The notes beneath the pieces were generated by a model that ran no database searches, was not told the origin of the DNA, and was given only the letters and a program-made list of their open reading frames with translations. A stretch of 59,904 nt of DNA from Pseudomonadales bacterium (lineage in GTDB: Bacteria > Pseudomonadota > Gammaproteobacteria > Pseudomonadales > UBA7434), in contig JABDNS010000098.1 of assembly GCA_013043705.1 (NCBI GenBank), positions 1 to 59,904 on the forward strand, written 5' to 3'. Positions 40,374 through 50,801 of this stretch are shown in pieces (position 1 is the stretch's first letter; every line of letters starts with the position of its first letter). The translations under genes were made by a program, and so were the position numbers.

Positions 40374-41764
40374 TGTCTGAAGAAATGCTAATTAACCTGG
40401 TGTACGTCGCTTCGGCGGTGATGTTTATTTTCGGGCTGAAATTGCTCGGCTCACCCGATACTGCGCGGCGCGGTAATTTTATTTCCGCGGTAGGCATGCT
40501 CTGCGCGGTAATTGTTACGCTGATCGACCAGAATATCGTTGAGTACCAGTACATCGTCGGTGGCATCGTAGCCGGTGGCTTAATTGGCGCGCTGGTGGCG
40601 CGCATGGTGGCCATGACATCAATGCCGGAAATGGTGGCGCTGTTTAACGGTTTTGGCGGCCTTGCCAGCTTGCTGGTTGGTTGGGCGGCGTTGGCGGTTG
40701 CAATGCTCAACGCAAGCGACGCTGCACCGGTGCCGGTGTTTATGCTGGTCACGGTTTTCCTTTCCATTCTTATTGGTGGGCTCACCTTCACCGGTTCGCT
40801 GCTCGCCTATGGCAAACTGAGTGAGCGCATCAGCGGCAAGCCTTTTGTTTATACCGGCCAGCGCGTTGTGAATAGCCTGATCCTGCTGGCGGTCATCGTT
40901 TGTGCCGGCTTGTTTGTGGTCGACCCGAGCAACCAGAATTGGCTGTATCTTGCGGTGGGCCTGGCTTTATTACTGGGTGTGTCTTTCGTGCTACCGATTG
41001 GTGGCGCCGACATGCCGGTTGTGATTTCCTTGTTAAACAGTTTTTCTGGTATTGCCGCGGCTTCTGCCGGTTTTGCCATTAGCAATATCCTGCTTATTGT
41101 TGCCGGATCGCTGGTTGGTGCCAGCGGCATTATCCTTACCAACATTATGTGCAAGGCGATGAATCGTTCGCTAAGCAACGTTCTGTTTAGTGGTTTTGGC
41201 GCGGTAACGAAGTCCGACGGGCCGGTTATCGAGCAAGGCGAAGTCAAACCGCTCACGCCCGAAGATGCGTACTATATTCTTGAAGCGGCGGCCAGCGTGG
41301 TCATCATTCCCGGTTATGGTATGGCGGTAGCGCAGGCCCAGCACATCGTTAAAGAGCTACAGGAAATGCTGGAAGATAACGGCTGCGAAGTAGTTTACGC
41401 GATTCATCCTGTGGCTGGTCGCATGCCAGGGCATATGAACGTGTTGCTTGCCGAGGCAGACGTTCCGTACGACCAGCTACTGGAAATGGACCAGATTAAC
41501 CCGCGCCTGGAGACTTTTGATGTAGCCGTGGTCATTGGCGCCAACGATGTGGTGAACCCGGCTGCGCGCGAAGTTGAGAGCAGCCCGATTTACGGTATGC
41601 CGGTTATCAATGCCGACAAGGCGCGCACAGTGTTTGTGCTCAAACGCTCGATGGCTTCGGGTTTTGCCGGCATCGATAATCCGCTGTTCTTCAAAGAGAA
41701 TACGCGCATGATCTTTGGCGATGCCAAGGAAACGCTGAATAACCTGGTGAAAGCCTTCGACTAG
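40373..41764 (+). CDS. pntB: NAD(P) transhydrogenase subunit beta
   Basis: Multi-TM N-terminus plus a C-terminal NADP(H) domain (PGYGMAVAQAQ, IHPVAGRMPGHMNVLLAEA). TGATG coupling to pntAB. Confidence 0.95.
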   Translation: MSEEMLINLVYVASAVMFIFGLKLLGSPDTARRGNFISAVGMLCAVIVTLIDQNIVEYQYIVGGIVAGGLIGALVARMVAMTSMPEMVALFNGFGGLASLLVGWAALAVAMLNASDAAPVPVFMLVTVFLSILIGGLTFTGSLLAYGKLSERISGKPFVYTGQRVVNSLILLAVIVCAGLFVVDPSNQNWLYLAVGLALLLGVSFVLPIGGADMPVVISLLNSFSGIAAASAGFAISNILLIVAGSLVGASGIILTNIMCKAMNRSLSNVLFSGFGAVTKSDGPVIEQGEVKPLTPEDAYYILEAAASVVIIPGYGMAVAQAQHIVKELQEMLEDNGCEVVYAIHPVAGRMPGHMNVLLAEADVPYDQLLEMDQINPRLETFDVAVVIGANDVVNPAAREVESSPIYGMPVINADKARTVFVLKRSMASGFAGIDNPLFFKENTRMIFGDAKETLNNLVKAFD

Positions 41765-42462
41765 CGCCGCCAGTTTTCCAGCACGCCCGCTTCACCCTCA
41801 CGCCATACGTGGTACTTGCGCATCACGGCCGTAAAGACTGTTGATGCCAGTTGCTCCTCTAGCCATTCTACTAGCCGGTGATACTCGCTGGCATCGAACC
41901 AGTCGCGATCAGCGTTGGCGAACTGTCGAATAAACGGAAAGATTGCGATGTCGGCGCGCGATAGTTTCTCGCCACAAAGATAATTATTTTTTTGCAGTGC
42001 GCGCTCCAACGCCAGCAAAAACGTTTCGGCTTTGGCGCGATACTCAAGCACACTGTATTGCGGGTAGCGGTCTGCGTATTTGTAGCGGTCCAGCCAGTAT
42101 TTGAATTCGCTATCGCATTGCGCAATCAGCACCTGTTGGCGTTGCTGCTGTTTTGGCGAACCTTCGCTGCGCCAGTTGTCCGGGTCCTGTTGTTGCAGCG
42201 CCCAGTCGATGATGTCAAGGCTTTCATCTAATATCGTTTGCGTGCCGCGCTGTTCCTGCAAAACCAGCACCGGCACGGTACCTTTGCAAGAGAACGCCAG
42301 CATCGATGCGGGTTTGTCGCGCAGCAGTACCTCGCGCAATTCCACAGGTTGCGCGGCGTAGCACAACGCCATGCGCGCCCTGATTGCGTAGGGGCAGCGC
42401 CTGAACGAATACAGCAGCGGCGCTGAATCGTGGCTGCAATTTCTTTTTTCGTTAGCAGGCAT
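41761..42462 (-). CDS. Glutathione S-transferase family protein
   Basis: Thioredoxin-like N-domain (LYSFRRCPYAIRARMAL...KGTVPVLV) and a helical C-domain. Confidence 0.78.
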   Translation of the reverse strand: MPANEKRNCSHDSAPLLYSFRRCPYAIRARMALCYAAQPVELREVLLRDKPASMLAFSCKGTVPVLVLQEQRGTQTILDESLDIIDWALQQQDPDNWRSEGSPKQQQRQQVLIAQCDSEFKYWLDRYKYADRYPQYSVLEYRAKAETFLLALERALQKNNYLCGEKLSRADIAIFPFIRQFANADRDWFDASEYHRLVEWLEEQLASTVFTAVMRKYHVWREGEAGVLENWRR

Positions 42463-42474
42463 TATCGAAAAACC

Positions 42475-43335
42475 TTATACCAGGCTGGCGCGAATAAACT
42501 CCGCCAGTCTTTCGGTGGCCTGTGAAGCACCGCTTTTTTTGTACTGCAAGCTGATATCTATGGCGCCAAGGGCGGGCAAGCTATCTTTTGCTGAACCGCT
42601 GGCGAGAATTTTTAGCGATGCCGGAACCGTGCTGCGCGCCAGCACCGTAATCCCCAGCCCCTCTTGCAGCGCAGCCTCAATACCGGACAAATCAGGGTTG
42701 GTGTGCACAATGCGCCACGCCCGGCCAATTTTATTCAGGCCGTGCAGCGTGCGCTTGCGATACAGGCAGCCATCCTGCGCCAACACCAGTGGCAGCGGCG
42801 TTTGCTTTTGTAGCTCGTGTTCTGCGCTGCCCACCCACACCAGTTCATCTGAGCGGATCAACCCGCGGCGCTTGCTCGATTGCTCATCGTGCAGCGCCAG
42901 CACCAGGTCATATTGGCTGCGATGTTCCGGCGAGAGCAACTTGCTGCAAAGGTCACTAACGACCTCAAGTGCAACATTCGGGTAGGCCGATGCGAAGCGA
43001 CCGATGATTTTTGGCAGCAAGGTCGTGGCAAATTCGCTGGGAATGCCCAGCCTGATTTGCCCGGCCAGCTCCGCGCGGGAAAAGTCAGCCACCAGCTTGT
43101 CGTTAAGCGAAAGAATTTCGCGGGCCTGGTCGAACGCCGATCGCCCATCGCTGGACAGCCGCAGCGAGCGTTTCATGCGCAGAAAGAGTTCGGTGCCCAG
43201 CACATCCTCAAGTTTTTTAATCTGCAGGCTGGTGGCTGGTTGCGAGCGGCCGAGTTGCTCGGCTGCTGCGGTAACAGAGCCGAGTTCGGCGGTGACCACG
43301 AAGGCTCGCAAGGCGTCGATGGGCAGGTTGCGCAT
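42475..43335 (-). CDS. LysR-family transcriptional regulator
   Basis: N-terminal wHTH LRAFVVTAELGSVTAAAEQLGRSQPATSLQIKKLE. Divergent from gcvT. Confidence 0.9.
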   Translation of the reverse strand: MRNLPIDALRAFVVTAELGSVTAAAEQLGRSQPATSLQIKKLEDVLGTELFLRMKRSLRLSSDGRSAFDQAREILSLNDKLVADFSRAELAGQIRLGIPSEFATTLLPKIIGRFASAYPNVALEVVSDLCSKLLSPEHRSQYDLVLALHDEQSSKRRGLIRSDELVWVGSAEHELQKQTPLPLVLAQDGCLYRKRTLHGLNKIGRAWRIVHTNPDLSGIEAALQEGLGITVLARSTVPASLKILASGSAKDSLPALGAIDISLQYKKSGASQATERLAEFIRASLV

Positions 43336-43370
43336 AGCGTTCCCGGCGGGTAAAAGGGCGAAGATGTCAT

Positions 43371-43385
43371 ATTAAAATAATTAAT
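43371..43385. promoter_or_regulatory. Candidate LysR-type T-N11-A box
   Basis: ATTAA-AATAA-TTAAT dyad at 43371..43385 in the LysR/gcvT divergent region. Pattern only. Confidence 0.3.
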
Positions 43386-43498
43386 GATTTCATCACAAGT
43401 ATAAATTTTACTTATGTGGATGGGCTGCGTAATATGCTCGCAGCTGGCGCTGTCGCGCAGTGTTTTAATCAAGCGCTATTGCGCGACCGGGGTCCAGT

Positions 43499-44692
43499 AT
43501 GAGCCAAGCCGAGCCAGGCAATGAACGTCGCACGCCGCTATATGATCTGCATGTCGAACTTGGCGCGCGCATGGTGCCGTTTGCCGGTTACTCGATGCCT
43601 GTGCAATACGAGGGCATTGTGGCCGAGCACTTGCATACGCGCAGTAGCGCCGGCTTATTCGACGTTTCACACATGGGCCAGGTGCTGGTAAGCGGCCAGG
43701 GCGCAGTGCAAAAGCTGGAGCGCTTGTTGCCCGTCGACCTGGAAGCACTGCCGCAAGACCACTGTTGCTACACTTTTTTTACCTCCGAAAGCGGCGGCGT
43801 GCTGGACGACCTGATTGTGACGCGCCGCGGCGATACTGAATTTATGTTGGTGCTGAACGCGGCATGTGCCGAGGCGGATCTGGCTCACTTGCGCGCGCAC
43901 CTGGCCGCCAGCGAAGTGGAACATTTTCCGTCGCAGGCGTTGCTGGCGCTACAAGGCCCGGGCGCGCAAGCGGCCTTGCAAGCGTTGCTGCCGGAGCTTG
44001 CCGGTACCTTGTCGGCGCTGAAGTTTATGCGCGGTGTTAACGTGCAGCTGCAGCTGGACGATGCGGGCAGCGAATTGCCAGGATCAGTAGCGGATTCTGT
44101 GCCGGAATTTGTGCAAGGCATCGACGCCTATATTTCCCGCAGCGGTTATACCGGTGAAGATGGTTTTGAAGTTTCACTGCCTGGCGATGTGGCCGAAGAT
44201 TTTGCGCGTGCACTGTTAGCGTTGCCCGCAGTACAACCGGTGGGCCTGGGTGCACGCGATACACTACGTTTGGAAGCCTCGCTATGTTTATACGGCCATG
44301 ACCTAAATGAAACCATCTCACCGATCGAGGCCGGACTTGGCTGGAGTATCGACAAAAGCCGCCGACGCGGCGGTGCCAAGGCCGGCGGTTTTCCCGGTGC
44401 AGAAATCGTTCTTAAGCAAATGGATGAAGGCGCACCGCGCAAACGCATTGGTTTAACTGGTGAGGGCAGGGCACCGGTGCGCGAGGGTGCCACGGTGGTG
44501 GACACTAACGGCAATGACATCGGCATAGTTTGCAGCGGCGGCTTTTCGCCCAGCCTCGAGCGGCCGATTGCCATGGCCTATGTACACAGCGACGCAATAG
44601 AGAGCCTGGCTGGCGCAATTGTCCGCGGCAAGCAACGGCAATTAACGCGCAGCAAAATGCCCTTTGTTGCGCACCAGTACAAAAGGAATTGA
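43499..44692 (+). CDS. gcvT: Glycine cleavage system aminomethyltransferase (T protein)
   Basis: TPLYDLH..LGA.MV.FAG..MPVQY...EH...R...[10 protein letters not shown]-terminus. GYTGEDGFE motif. Confidence 0.95.
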   Translation: MSQAEPGNERRTPLYDLHVELGARMVPFAGYSMPVQYEGIVAEHLHTRSSAGLFDVSHMGQVLVSGQGAVQKLERLLPVDLEALPQDHCCYTFFTSESGGVLDDLIVTRRGDTEFMLVLNAACAEADLAHLRAHLAASEVEHFPSQALLALQGPGAQAALQALLPELAGTLSALKFMRGVNVQLQLDDAGSELPGSVADSVPEFVQGIDAYISRSGYTGEDGFEVSLPGDVAEDFARALLALPAVQPVGLGARDTLRLEASLCLYGHDLNETISPIEAGLGWSIDKSRRRGGAKAGGFPGAEIVLKQMDEGAPRKRIGLTGEGRAPVREGATVVDTNGNDIGIVCSGGFSPSLERPIAMAYVHSDAIESLAGAIVRGKQRQLTRSKMPFVAHQYKRN

Positions 44693-44784
44693 ACTTGGCC
44701 ACTACAGCAGAAGACGACACCAGGCTGCCAGGACAAGTTCAATCGGCAAAACAAGCGCAGGCTATTTTGGAAGGTGACAAAAAC

Positions 44785-47727
44785 GTGCAAGACAACTCGC
44801 CCAATCATTCCCAGGACGACGCTCCTAACAACGTCCCGCATAACGCTTCGAACAATGCGCCCGGCAACCCGCTTGATACAGGATTTTCTGCCAGGCATAT
44901 TGGCCTGGATGCCGGCAGCGATATACCTGAAATGCTGCGCGCGCTGGGCTACGATTCCATGCAGGCATTCATTGCGCAGGTGGTACCCCGCGCGATTTTT
45001 AGCGACGAGCCACTGGAACTACCCGACGCAGTTGGCGAGCACGAAGCGCTTGCTGCGCTTGAGCAGTTAGCCAAACAAAATAAGGTTAACCGCTCGCTGC
45101 TGGGACAGGGCTACTACGAAACCATTACCCCGCCGGTGATTGCGCGCAACATTTTTGAAAATCCCGCCTGGTACACCGCCTACACGCCCTATCAACCGGA
45201 AATTTCCCAAGGGCGACTGGAAGCGCTGTTGAACTACCAAACAATGGTTAGCGACCTTACTGGCCTGGATGTGGCGAATGCTTCCATGCTCGACGAGGGC
45301 AGCGCTGCTGCCGAAGGCATGGCGCTGGCCAAGCGTTGTGCGAAAAACAAATCGAATGTGTTTTTTATTGACCAGGATTGTTTTGCCCAGACCATTGAGG
45401 TTGTGCAAACGCGCGCCGCGGCAGCCGGTTTTGACGTACAGCTGGGCGACCCGCTGTCGATGGATAGCAACGCTGTGTATTTTGGTGCGCTGTTGCAGTA
45501 CCCCGGCGCCAGCGGTGAGGTGCGTGACTTCAGCGCCTGCATTGAACAACTGCACATGAACAAAGGCCTGGTGGTAATGGCAGCGGATATTCTAGCGTTG
45601 CTGTTATTGAAATCGCCGGGCGAGCTCGGTGCAGATGTTGCGGTAGGTAATACACAGCGCTTTGGCGTGCCGATGGGTTTTGGTGGGCCGCACGCAGCGT
45701 ACATGGCTACGCGCAGCAAGTACCAGCGTTCGCTGCCGGGTCGGCTGGTCGGCGTTTCTATCGACCAGCAGGGCAACTCCGCTTATCGACTTGCGCTGCA
45801 AACGCGCGAGCAGCATATCCGTCGGGAAAAGGCCACCTCGAATATTTGTACGGCGCAGGTTCTGCTCGCGGTTATGGCTTCAATGTACGCCTGCTATCAC
45901 GGCCCCGATGGGCTGCGTGCAATTGCACTGCGCGTACACCGATGCGCAACGCTATTTGCGCAAGGTGTGCAAAAACTGGGTTTTGCGGTTGCCTGCAAAA
46001 ATTATTTCGACACCATTAGCATTCACACTGGTGAGAATACCGGTGCGATCTTGCAGCGTGCGGAAAGTGCAGGCATTAATTTGCAGCGCGTTAGCAGCGA
46101 GTGCTTGCGCATAGCATTCGACGAAAAATCTACCGATGAAGAAGTGCAGTTGCTGTTAGGCATTGTTGCTGCTTCGGCACAAAAGCCATTGTTGAAAAAA
46201 TTGTTGGCGGCGCATGCGGATAAATCTGCACTCGATAAAAACCATTGGCGCAGCGACCCGGTGTTGCAGCACCCGGTGTTTTCCCTTTATCGCACTGAAA
46301 CCGAAATGCTGCGCTATTTGCGCCGCTTGTCCGACAAAGACCTTGCGCTCGATCGCACTATGATTCCGTTAGGTTCCTGCACTATGAAGCTGAATGCGGT
46401 GAGCGAGATGGTGCCGGTTAGCTGGCCTGCGTTTGCCAACATGCACCCGTTCGCCCCCGAAAAGCAATGCGCCGGCTACTTGAAAATGATTGCAGAGCTT
46501 GAATCAATGCTGGCGCTTTGCACCGGCTATGATGCGGTGTCGCTGCAGCCCAACGCCGGCTCGCAGGGCGAGTTTGCAGGCCTGCTGGCTATTTCCGCGT
46601 ACCATCGTAGTCGTGGCGAAAGCCAGCGCGATGTTTGCCTGATTCCCCAATCAGCGCACGGCACCAACCCCGCGTCGGCACAGATGTGCAATATGCGGGT
46701 AGTGGTGGTGCGCTGTGATAGCGAAGGCAATATCGACCTGGCCGACCTCGTGGCCAAGGCTGCCGAACACAGTGACAAGCTTGCAGCCATTATGGTGACC
46801 TACCCGTCAACACACGGCGTGTTTGAGGCCGAAATACGCGAAGTTTGCAGCGTAGTACACCAGCACGGCGGCCAGGTTTATGTGGATGGCGCCAACCTGA
46901 ACGCAATGGTAGGTTTGTGCAAGCCCGGTGAATTCGGCGGCGATGTATCGCACCTTAATTTGCACAAAACGTTTTGCATTCCGCATGGTGGCGGTGGCCC
47001 AGGCGTTGGCCCGGTTGCAGCGCGCGCGCACCTTGCACCTTTCCTGCCGCAGATGGCCAGCCAGTTGCCTGGCGCTGTTGAGGTTCGACGGCCGCGCATT
47101 TCCGCGGCGCTATTTGGTTCTTCCAGCATTCTGCCAATTAGCTGGATGTATATCCGCATGATGGGCGGTACGGGTTTGCGCGCAGCTACCGAGGCGGCCA
47201 TTTTAAGTGCAAACTATGTTGCACAGCGCCTCCAAGACGCCTACCCGGTGTTGTACAAGGGCAGCGATGGGCTGGTGGCGCACGAATGTATTATCGATCT
47301 GCGCCCGATTAAAGAGCAGGTGGGCATTTCGGTTGAAGACGTGGCCAAGCGGCTTATCGATTATGGTTTTCACGCGCCGACCATGTCGTTCCCGGTGGCG
47401 GGTACGCTGATGATAGAGCCAACCGAAAGTGAGTCGCTGGCTGAGCTGGAAAGATTTTGCGAGGCTATGCTGGCAATACGCGAGGAGATTGCCCGGGTTG
47501 AACGCGGCGAATGGCAGCTCGATGACAACCCGTTGGTGAACGCGCCGCATACGGTCGCGGAAGCGGTTGCCGACGAATGGCAGCACGCCTACGCGCGTAG
47601 CGCAGCGGTGTACCCGCTGCCAACGCTGCGCGAGCATAAGTACTTTGCTCCGGTTGGGCGCATCGACAATGTACACGGTGATCGCAACCTGGTTTGTTCC
47701 TGTCCGCCGCTAAGTGCTTACGAGTAG
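44785..47727 (+). CDS. gcvP: Glycine dehydrogenase (decarboxylating), P protein
   Basis: [28 protein letters not shown] and [18 protein letters not shown] motifs. No ATG lies upstream of the conserved RHIG block. GTG 44785 (GGAAGG RBS) or TTG 44695 is the likely start. Confidence 0.9.
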   Translation: MQDNSPNHSQDDAPNNVPHNASNNAPGNPLDTGFSARHIGLDAGSDIPEMLRALGYDSMQAFIAQVVPRAIFSDEPLELPDAVGEHEALAALEQLAKQNKVNRSLLGQGYYETITPPVIARNIFENPAWYTAYTPYQPEISQGRLEALLNYQTMVSDLTGLDVANASMLDEGSAAAEGMALAKRCAKNKSNVFFIDQDCFAQTIEVVQTRAAAAGFDVQLGDPLSMDSNAVYFGALLQYPGASGEVRDFSACIEQLHMNKGLVVMAADILALLLLKSPGELGADVAVGNTQRFGVPMGFGGPHAAYMATRSKYQRSLPGRLVGVSIDQQGNSAYRLALQTREQHIRREKATSNICTAQVLLAVMASMYACYHGPDGLRAIALRVHRCATLFAQGVQKLGFAVACKNYFDTISIHTGENTGAILQRAESAGINLQRVSSECLRIAFDEKSTDEEVQLLLGIVAASAQKPLLKKLLAAHADKSALDKNHWRSDPVLQHPVFSLYRTETEMLRYLRRLSDKDLALDRTMIPLGSCTMKLNAVSEMVPVSWPAFANMHPFAPEKQCAGYLKMIAELESMLALCTGYDAVSLQPNAGSQGEFAGLLAISAYHRSRGESQRDVCLIPQSAHGTNPASAQMCNMRVVVVRCDSEGNIDLADLVAKAAEHSDKLAAIMVTYPSTHGVFEAEIREVCSVVHQHGGQVYVDGANLNAMVGLCKPGEFGGDVSHLNLHKTFCIPHGGGGPGVGPVAARAHLAPFLPQMASQLPGAVEVRRPRISAALFGSSSILPISWMYIRMMGGTGLRAATEAAILSANYVAQRLQDAYPVLYKGSDGLVAHECIIDLRPIKEQVGISVEDVAKRLIDYGFHAPTMSFPVAGTLMIEPTESESLAELERFCEAMLAIREEIARVERGEWQLDDNPLVNAPHTVAEAVADEWQHAYARSAAVYPLPTLREHKYFAPVGRIDNVHGDRNLVCSCPPLSAYE

Positions 47728-47929
47728 GCGCCTGCGAATAAGCCGATTTGTGCAGCCGCGTTTGGCGGGGCGATCCAGCTTGGCACAGACTACGTATAAA
47801 GGGTGGGACAGAGAAGAATTGTAAAAAGCCGGCGCCGCAGTATTTACTTTTGCCCTTTGCTGCGCGCGCTATAATCCGGGCTCGACGGCAGTCAGTGCCG
47901 CGCCTATCAAAGCACAGAATTAGAGGTTT

Positions 47930-48382
47930 ATGTCCATGAATATCCGCACAGCAAGTTTGTTTTCGCTAACCCGCGCGCGCATCCTGCGCATAGTAACGCT
48001 GTGTGTTGCGGCAGTTGGGCTGGCCTCAATGTCCGTTGCCGGGCCGGTTGAAGACAGCATCGTTGATCGCATCAAGCCGGTCGGCACGGTTTGCGTGGCC
48101 GGGGACGACTGCGCCAAGGGACTGACGATGGCAGCTACCGGGCCTCGCTCTGGAGAGGAGGTTTACAACTCGGCTTGTATGGCCTGCCACACTTCGGGTG
48201 CCGCGGGTGCGCCGAAGTTTCGCATCAAGGCCGACTGGACTGCACGTCTGGCAGCGGGCCTGGAAACTGTTTACGCCAATGCGATTAACGGCAAGGGCGC
48301 CATGCCTGCCAAAGGTCTTTGCGGCAACTGTTCCGACGAAGAAATCAAAGCCGCGGTCGATCACATGATCGAGGGCATTTAA
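47930..48382 (+). CDS. Cytochrome c5-family protein
   Basis: Signal/anchor segment, CMACH haem site, GAMPAKG and a late C..C pair. Start may be the second ATG at 47936. Confidence 0.85.
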   Translation: MSMNIRTASLFSLTRARILRIVTLCVAAVGLASMSVAGPVEDSIVDRIKPVGTVCVAGDDCAKGLTMAATGPRSGEEVYNSACMACHTSGAAGAPKFRIKADWTARLAAGLETVYANAINGKGAMPAKGLCGNCSDEEIKAAVDHMIEGI

Positions 48383-48396
48383 GTACCCCGGCACTG

Positions 48397-50472
48397 CTAC
48401 TCAAGCAGGGCTCTCAAATTATCCAGCGTGGCGCGACCGGTGGCTTCATTGCTGGCCGCGTCCATTTTGTCGCCAAAGCCTTTGCGTTGCAGCGCCTCTA
48501 CAGGCAATTCCTCTAAAAATCGGCTGGGTGCGCAGCGTTGCTGGTCGCCAAATTGCTTGCGCGTACGCGCCATGGTTAACGTTAGGTGCTGCTGAGCGCG
48601 GGTGATGCCAACGTAAGCCAGTCGGCGCTCCTCGTCTATTGTGTCGCCCTCAATACTGTTGCGATGCGGCAGTAGCTGCTCTTCAAAACCAATAATAAAA
48701 ACGTGCGGAAATTCCAGGCCCTTCGATGCATGCAGCGTCATCACCTGTACTTTGTTGTCGGCCTCTTCCTCGGCTTGTTGCTCAAGCATATCGCGTAGCA
48801 TCAGTTTATTTAGTACTGCTTCCAGCGGTGACTCGGCGTCAATCTCGAATGAGTTAGTGTTACCTTGCGCAGCTTGGTTTTGTTTCTGCAATTCGTTGCG
48901 AATACTTTCCAGCAGGAAGTTAACGTTCTCGTAACGGCGCTCGCCCACCGCAGTGCTGCTGCTGTTCTGGACCAGCCAGCCGCGATAATCAATGTCGTCG
49001 AGCATTTCCTGCAACGCACGCATCGGTTCGCCATTGTCGACAACGCGCCTGAGGTTTTGGAACCAGCCGTCAAGGCTGCTCAAACGCTTGTGCGCCTGTT
49101 CACTAAGCGTTTGCGCCAGGCCCATTTCACCGATGGCGCCATACAGGCTGCACTCGCGGCTTTTGCTGTAGTCGCCCAGTGCCTCCAGTGTGCTGACGCC
49201 AATTTTCCTGCGCGGCACATTCACAATGCGCAAAAACGCGGCATCGTCATCCGGGTTAGCCAGCACGCGTAAGTAGGCCATCACATCCTTGATTTCATTG
49301 CGCGCAAAAAACGAGGTGCCACCGGTTACCTGGTAGGGAATCTGTTTGGCCTGCAACTTAAGTTCAAGTAACCGGGTCTGGTGGTTGCCGCGCACCAGCA
49401 CCGCAAAATCGCGAAACTGCAAATTGCTGCCAATTTTCCGGTGCAGGATTTCATCGCCGATATATTCGGTTTCGGCTTCTTCGTCGGGCAGTTGTTGCAC
49501 CACAATGGCATCGCCCTGGCCCTTTTCGCTCCAGAGTTTCTTTTCGAACAGGTGATCGTTGTTGGCAATCAGTGCGTTGGCGCTTTGCAAAATACGGTTG
49601 GTGGAGCGGTAATTCTGCTCCAGCTTAATCACTTTCAATCCTTTGAAGTCTTTGGCTAACTGCTTGAGGTTTTCGGGGTTGGCGCCGCGCCAGGCATAGA
49701 TAGACTGGTCGTCGTCGCCCACCACGCACAAGCCACTGCGCTCGCCCACCAGTTGCTGCACCAGCATGTACTGGCAGACATTGGTGTCCTGGTACTCATC
49801 CACCAACAGGTAGCGAATGCGCGACTGCCAACGTTTGAGCACCTCTTCGTGTTCGGCCAGGATGCGCACCGGGATAGCAATCAGGTCGTCGAAATCAACC
49901 GCATTATAAGAGGCCAGCGCGCGCTCGTAGCGGGCGTAGACTTCGGCGATACGCGCTTCCTGCACGCTGTCGGCTTTGCCCTGCAGGCTGGCGGGGCTAA
50001 CCGCGTGACTTTTCCAGTGCGAAATCTGGTTGCGGCAGATATCCAGCAGCGTGCTGGCAATGTCGCCGTCTCGTAGCAGCAGGTCTTTGAGGATGGCGGT
50101 GCTGTCCTGGTCATCCAGGATACTAAAGCCCGATTTGCGACCCGCCAGCGGCAATTCGCGTTGCAGTATTTTCAAGCCGAGCTGGTGGAAGGTGCTTACC
50201 TGCAAACCCTTGGCGTCATCGCCTAGCAGTGCCCGCGCCCTGGCGCGCATTTCGCGGGCGGCCTTGTTGGTGAAGGTCACCGCGGTCACCTGCCTGGCGG
50301 GCATTTCGCATTCGCGCACCAGGTATTGGATTTTGCGGGTGATCACGCTGGTCTTGCCGCTGCCTGCGCCGGCCAGCACCAGCAGCGGGCCATCCACGTA
50401 GCGCACCGCATCGCGTTGGGCCGGGTTTAATTGCTGTTTGGGCGCGCGCTGGCTACCGGGTTGCTGGTTCAC
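48397..50472 (-). CDS. rep: ATP-dependent DNA helicase Rep
   Basis: LNPAQR.AV, AGAGSGKT and DEYQDTN UvrD/Rep motifs. The 691-aa length fits Rep. Confidence 0.93.
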   Translation of the reverse strand: MNQQPGSQRAPKQQLNPAQRDAVRYVDGPLLVLAGAGSGKTSVITRKIQYLVRECEMPARQVTAVTFTNKAAREMRARARALLGDDAKGLQVSTFHQLGLKILQRELPLAGRKSGFSILDDQDSTAILKDLLLRDGDIASTLLDICRNQISHWKSHAVSPASLQGKADSVQEARIAEVYARYERALASYNAVDFDDLIAIPVRILAEHEEVLKRWQSRIRYLLVDEYQDTNVCQYMLVQQLVGERSGLCVVGDDDQSIYAWRGANPENLKQLAKDFKGLKVIKLEQNYRSTNRILQSANALIANNDHLFEKKLWSEKGQGDAIVVQQLPDEEAETEYIGDEILHRKIGSNLQFRDFAVLVRGNHQTRLLELKLQAKQIPYQVTGGTSFFARNEIKDVMAYLRVLANPDDDAAFLRIVNVPRRKIGVSTLEALGDYSKSRECSLYGAIGEMGLAQTLSEQAHKRLSSLDGWFQNLRRVVDNGEPMRALQEMLDDIDYRGWLVQNSSSTAVGERRYENVNFLLESIRNELQKQNQAAQGNTNSFEIDAESPLEAVLNKLMLRDMLEQQAEEEADNKVQVMTLHASKGLEFPHVFIIGFEEQLLPHRNSIEGDTIDEERRLAYVGITRAQQHLTLTMARTRKQFGDQQRCAPSRFLEELPVEALQRKGFGDKMDAASNEATGRATLDNLRALLE

Positions 50473-50801
50473 AATTCAGACCGTGAAGGGTGGGGAAGGC
50501 TTGTGCCGCGCCGCAGGCTTCGCAAATCTGCCCGGCGCGGCGCGGCAGTATAGGGGCTTTGCGGCGACGGGTAAATTGCCTTGCAGCTGCGCGCCGCAAA
50601 CGGCAAAAAGCCACCTTAAATAGCCAGCTGCCGCGTGGCGATTGCTGACTTTATGGCCTAATCTTAAGTGCTCAGGTTGATTTTTTTCAAAGCGCCCCAG
50701 GCTTTTGAAGCCATGGTATTTCTTTTTCCAGCTTCCTGATTTTATTAGATTTTGTCGCGGATGCTGGTGCATCGCCGCGCCCGGAGGTCACAAGTCCCAT
50801 A

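Noticed and set aside
43336-43498. Glycine riboswitch upstream of gcvT
   Set aside because: The region is short and AT-rich and lacks the conserved GGAGAG...CACCG-type cores I would expect. This is unverified without a covariance-model scan.
44530-44784. Upstream part of the 1065-aa gcvP track ORF overlapping gcvT
   Set aside because: It overlaps the gcvT 3' end in another frame and precedes any plausible RBS. The gcvP homology begins near FSARHIG.
47843-47875. Perfect TATAAT (47870..47875) upstream of the cytochrome c5 gene as a promoter
   Set aside because: No -35-like hexamer lies at 16-18 nt spacing (TTGCCC at 14 nt, TTTACT at 21 nt), so it is too uncertain to list as a feature.
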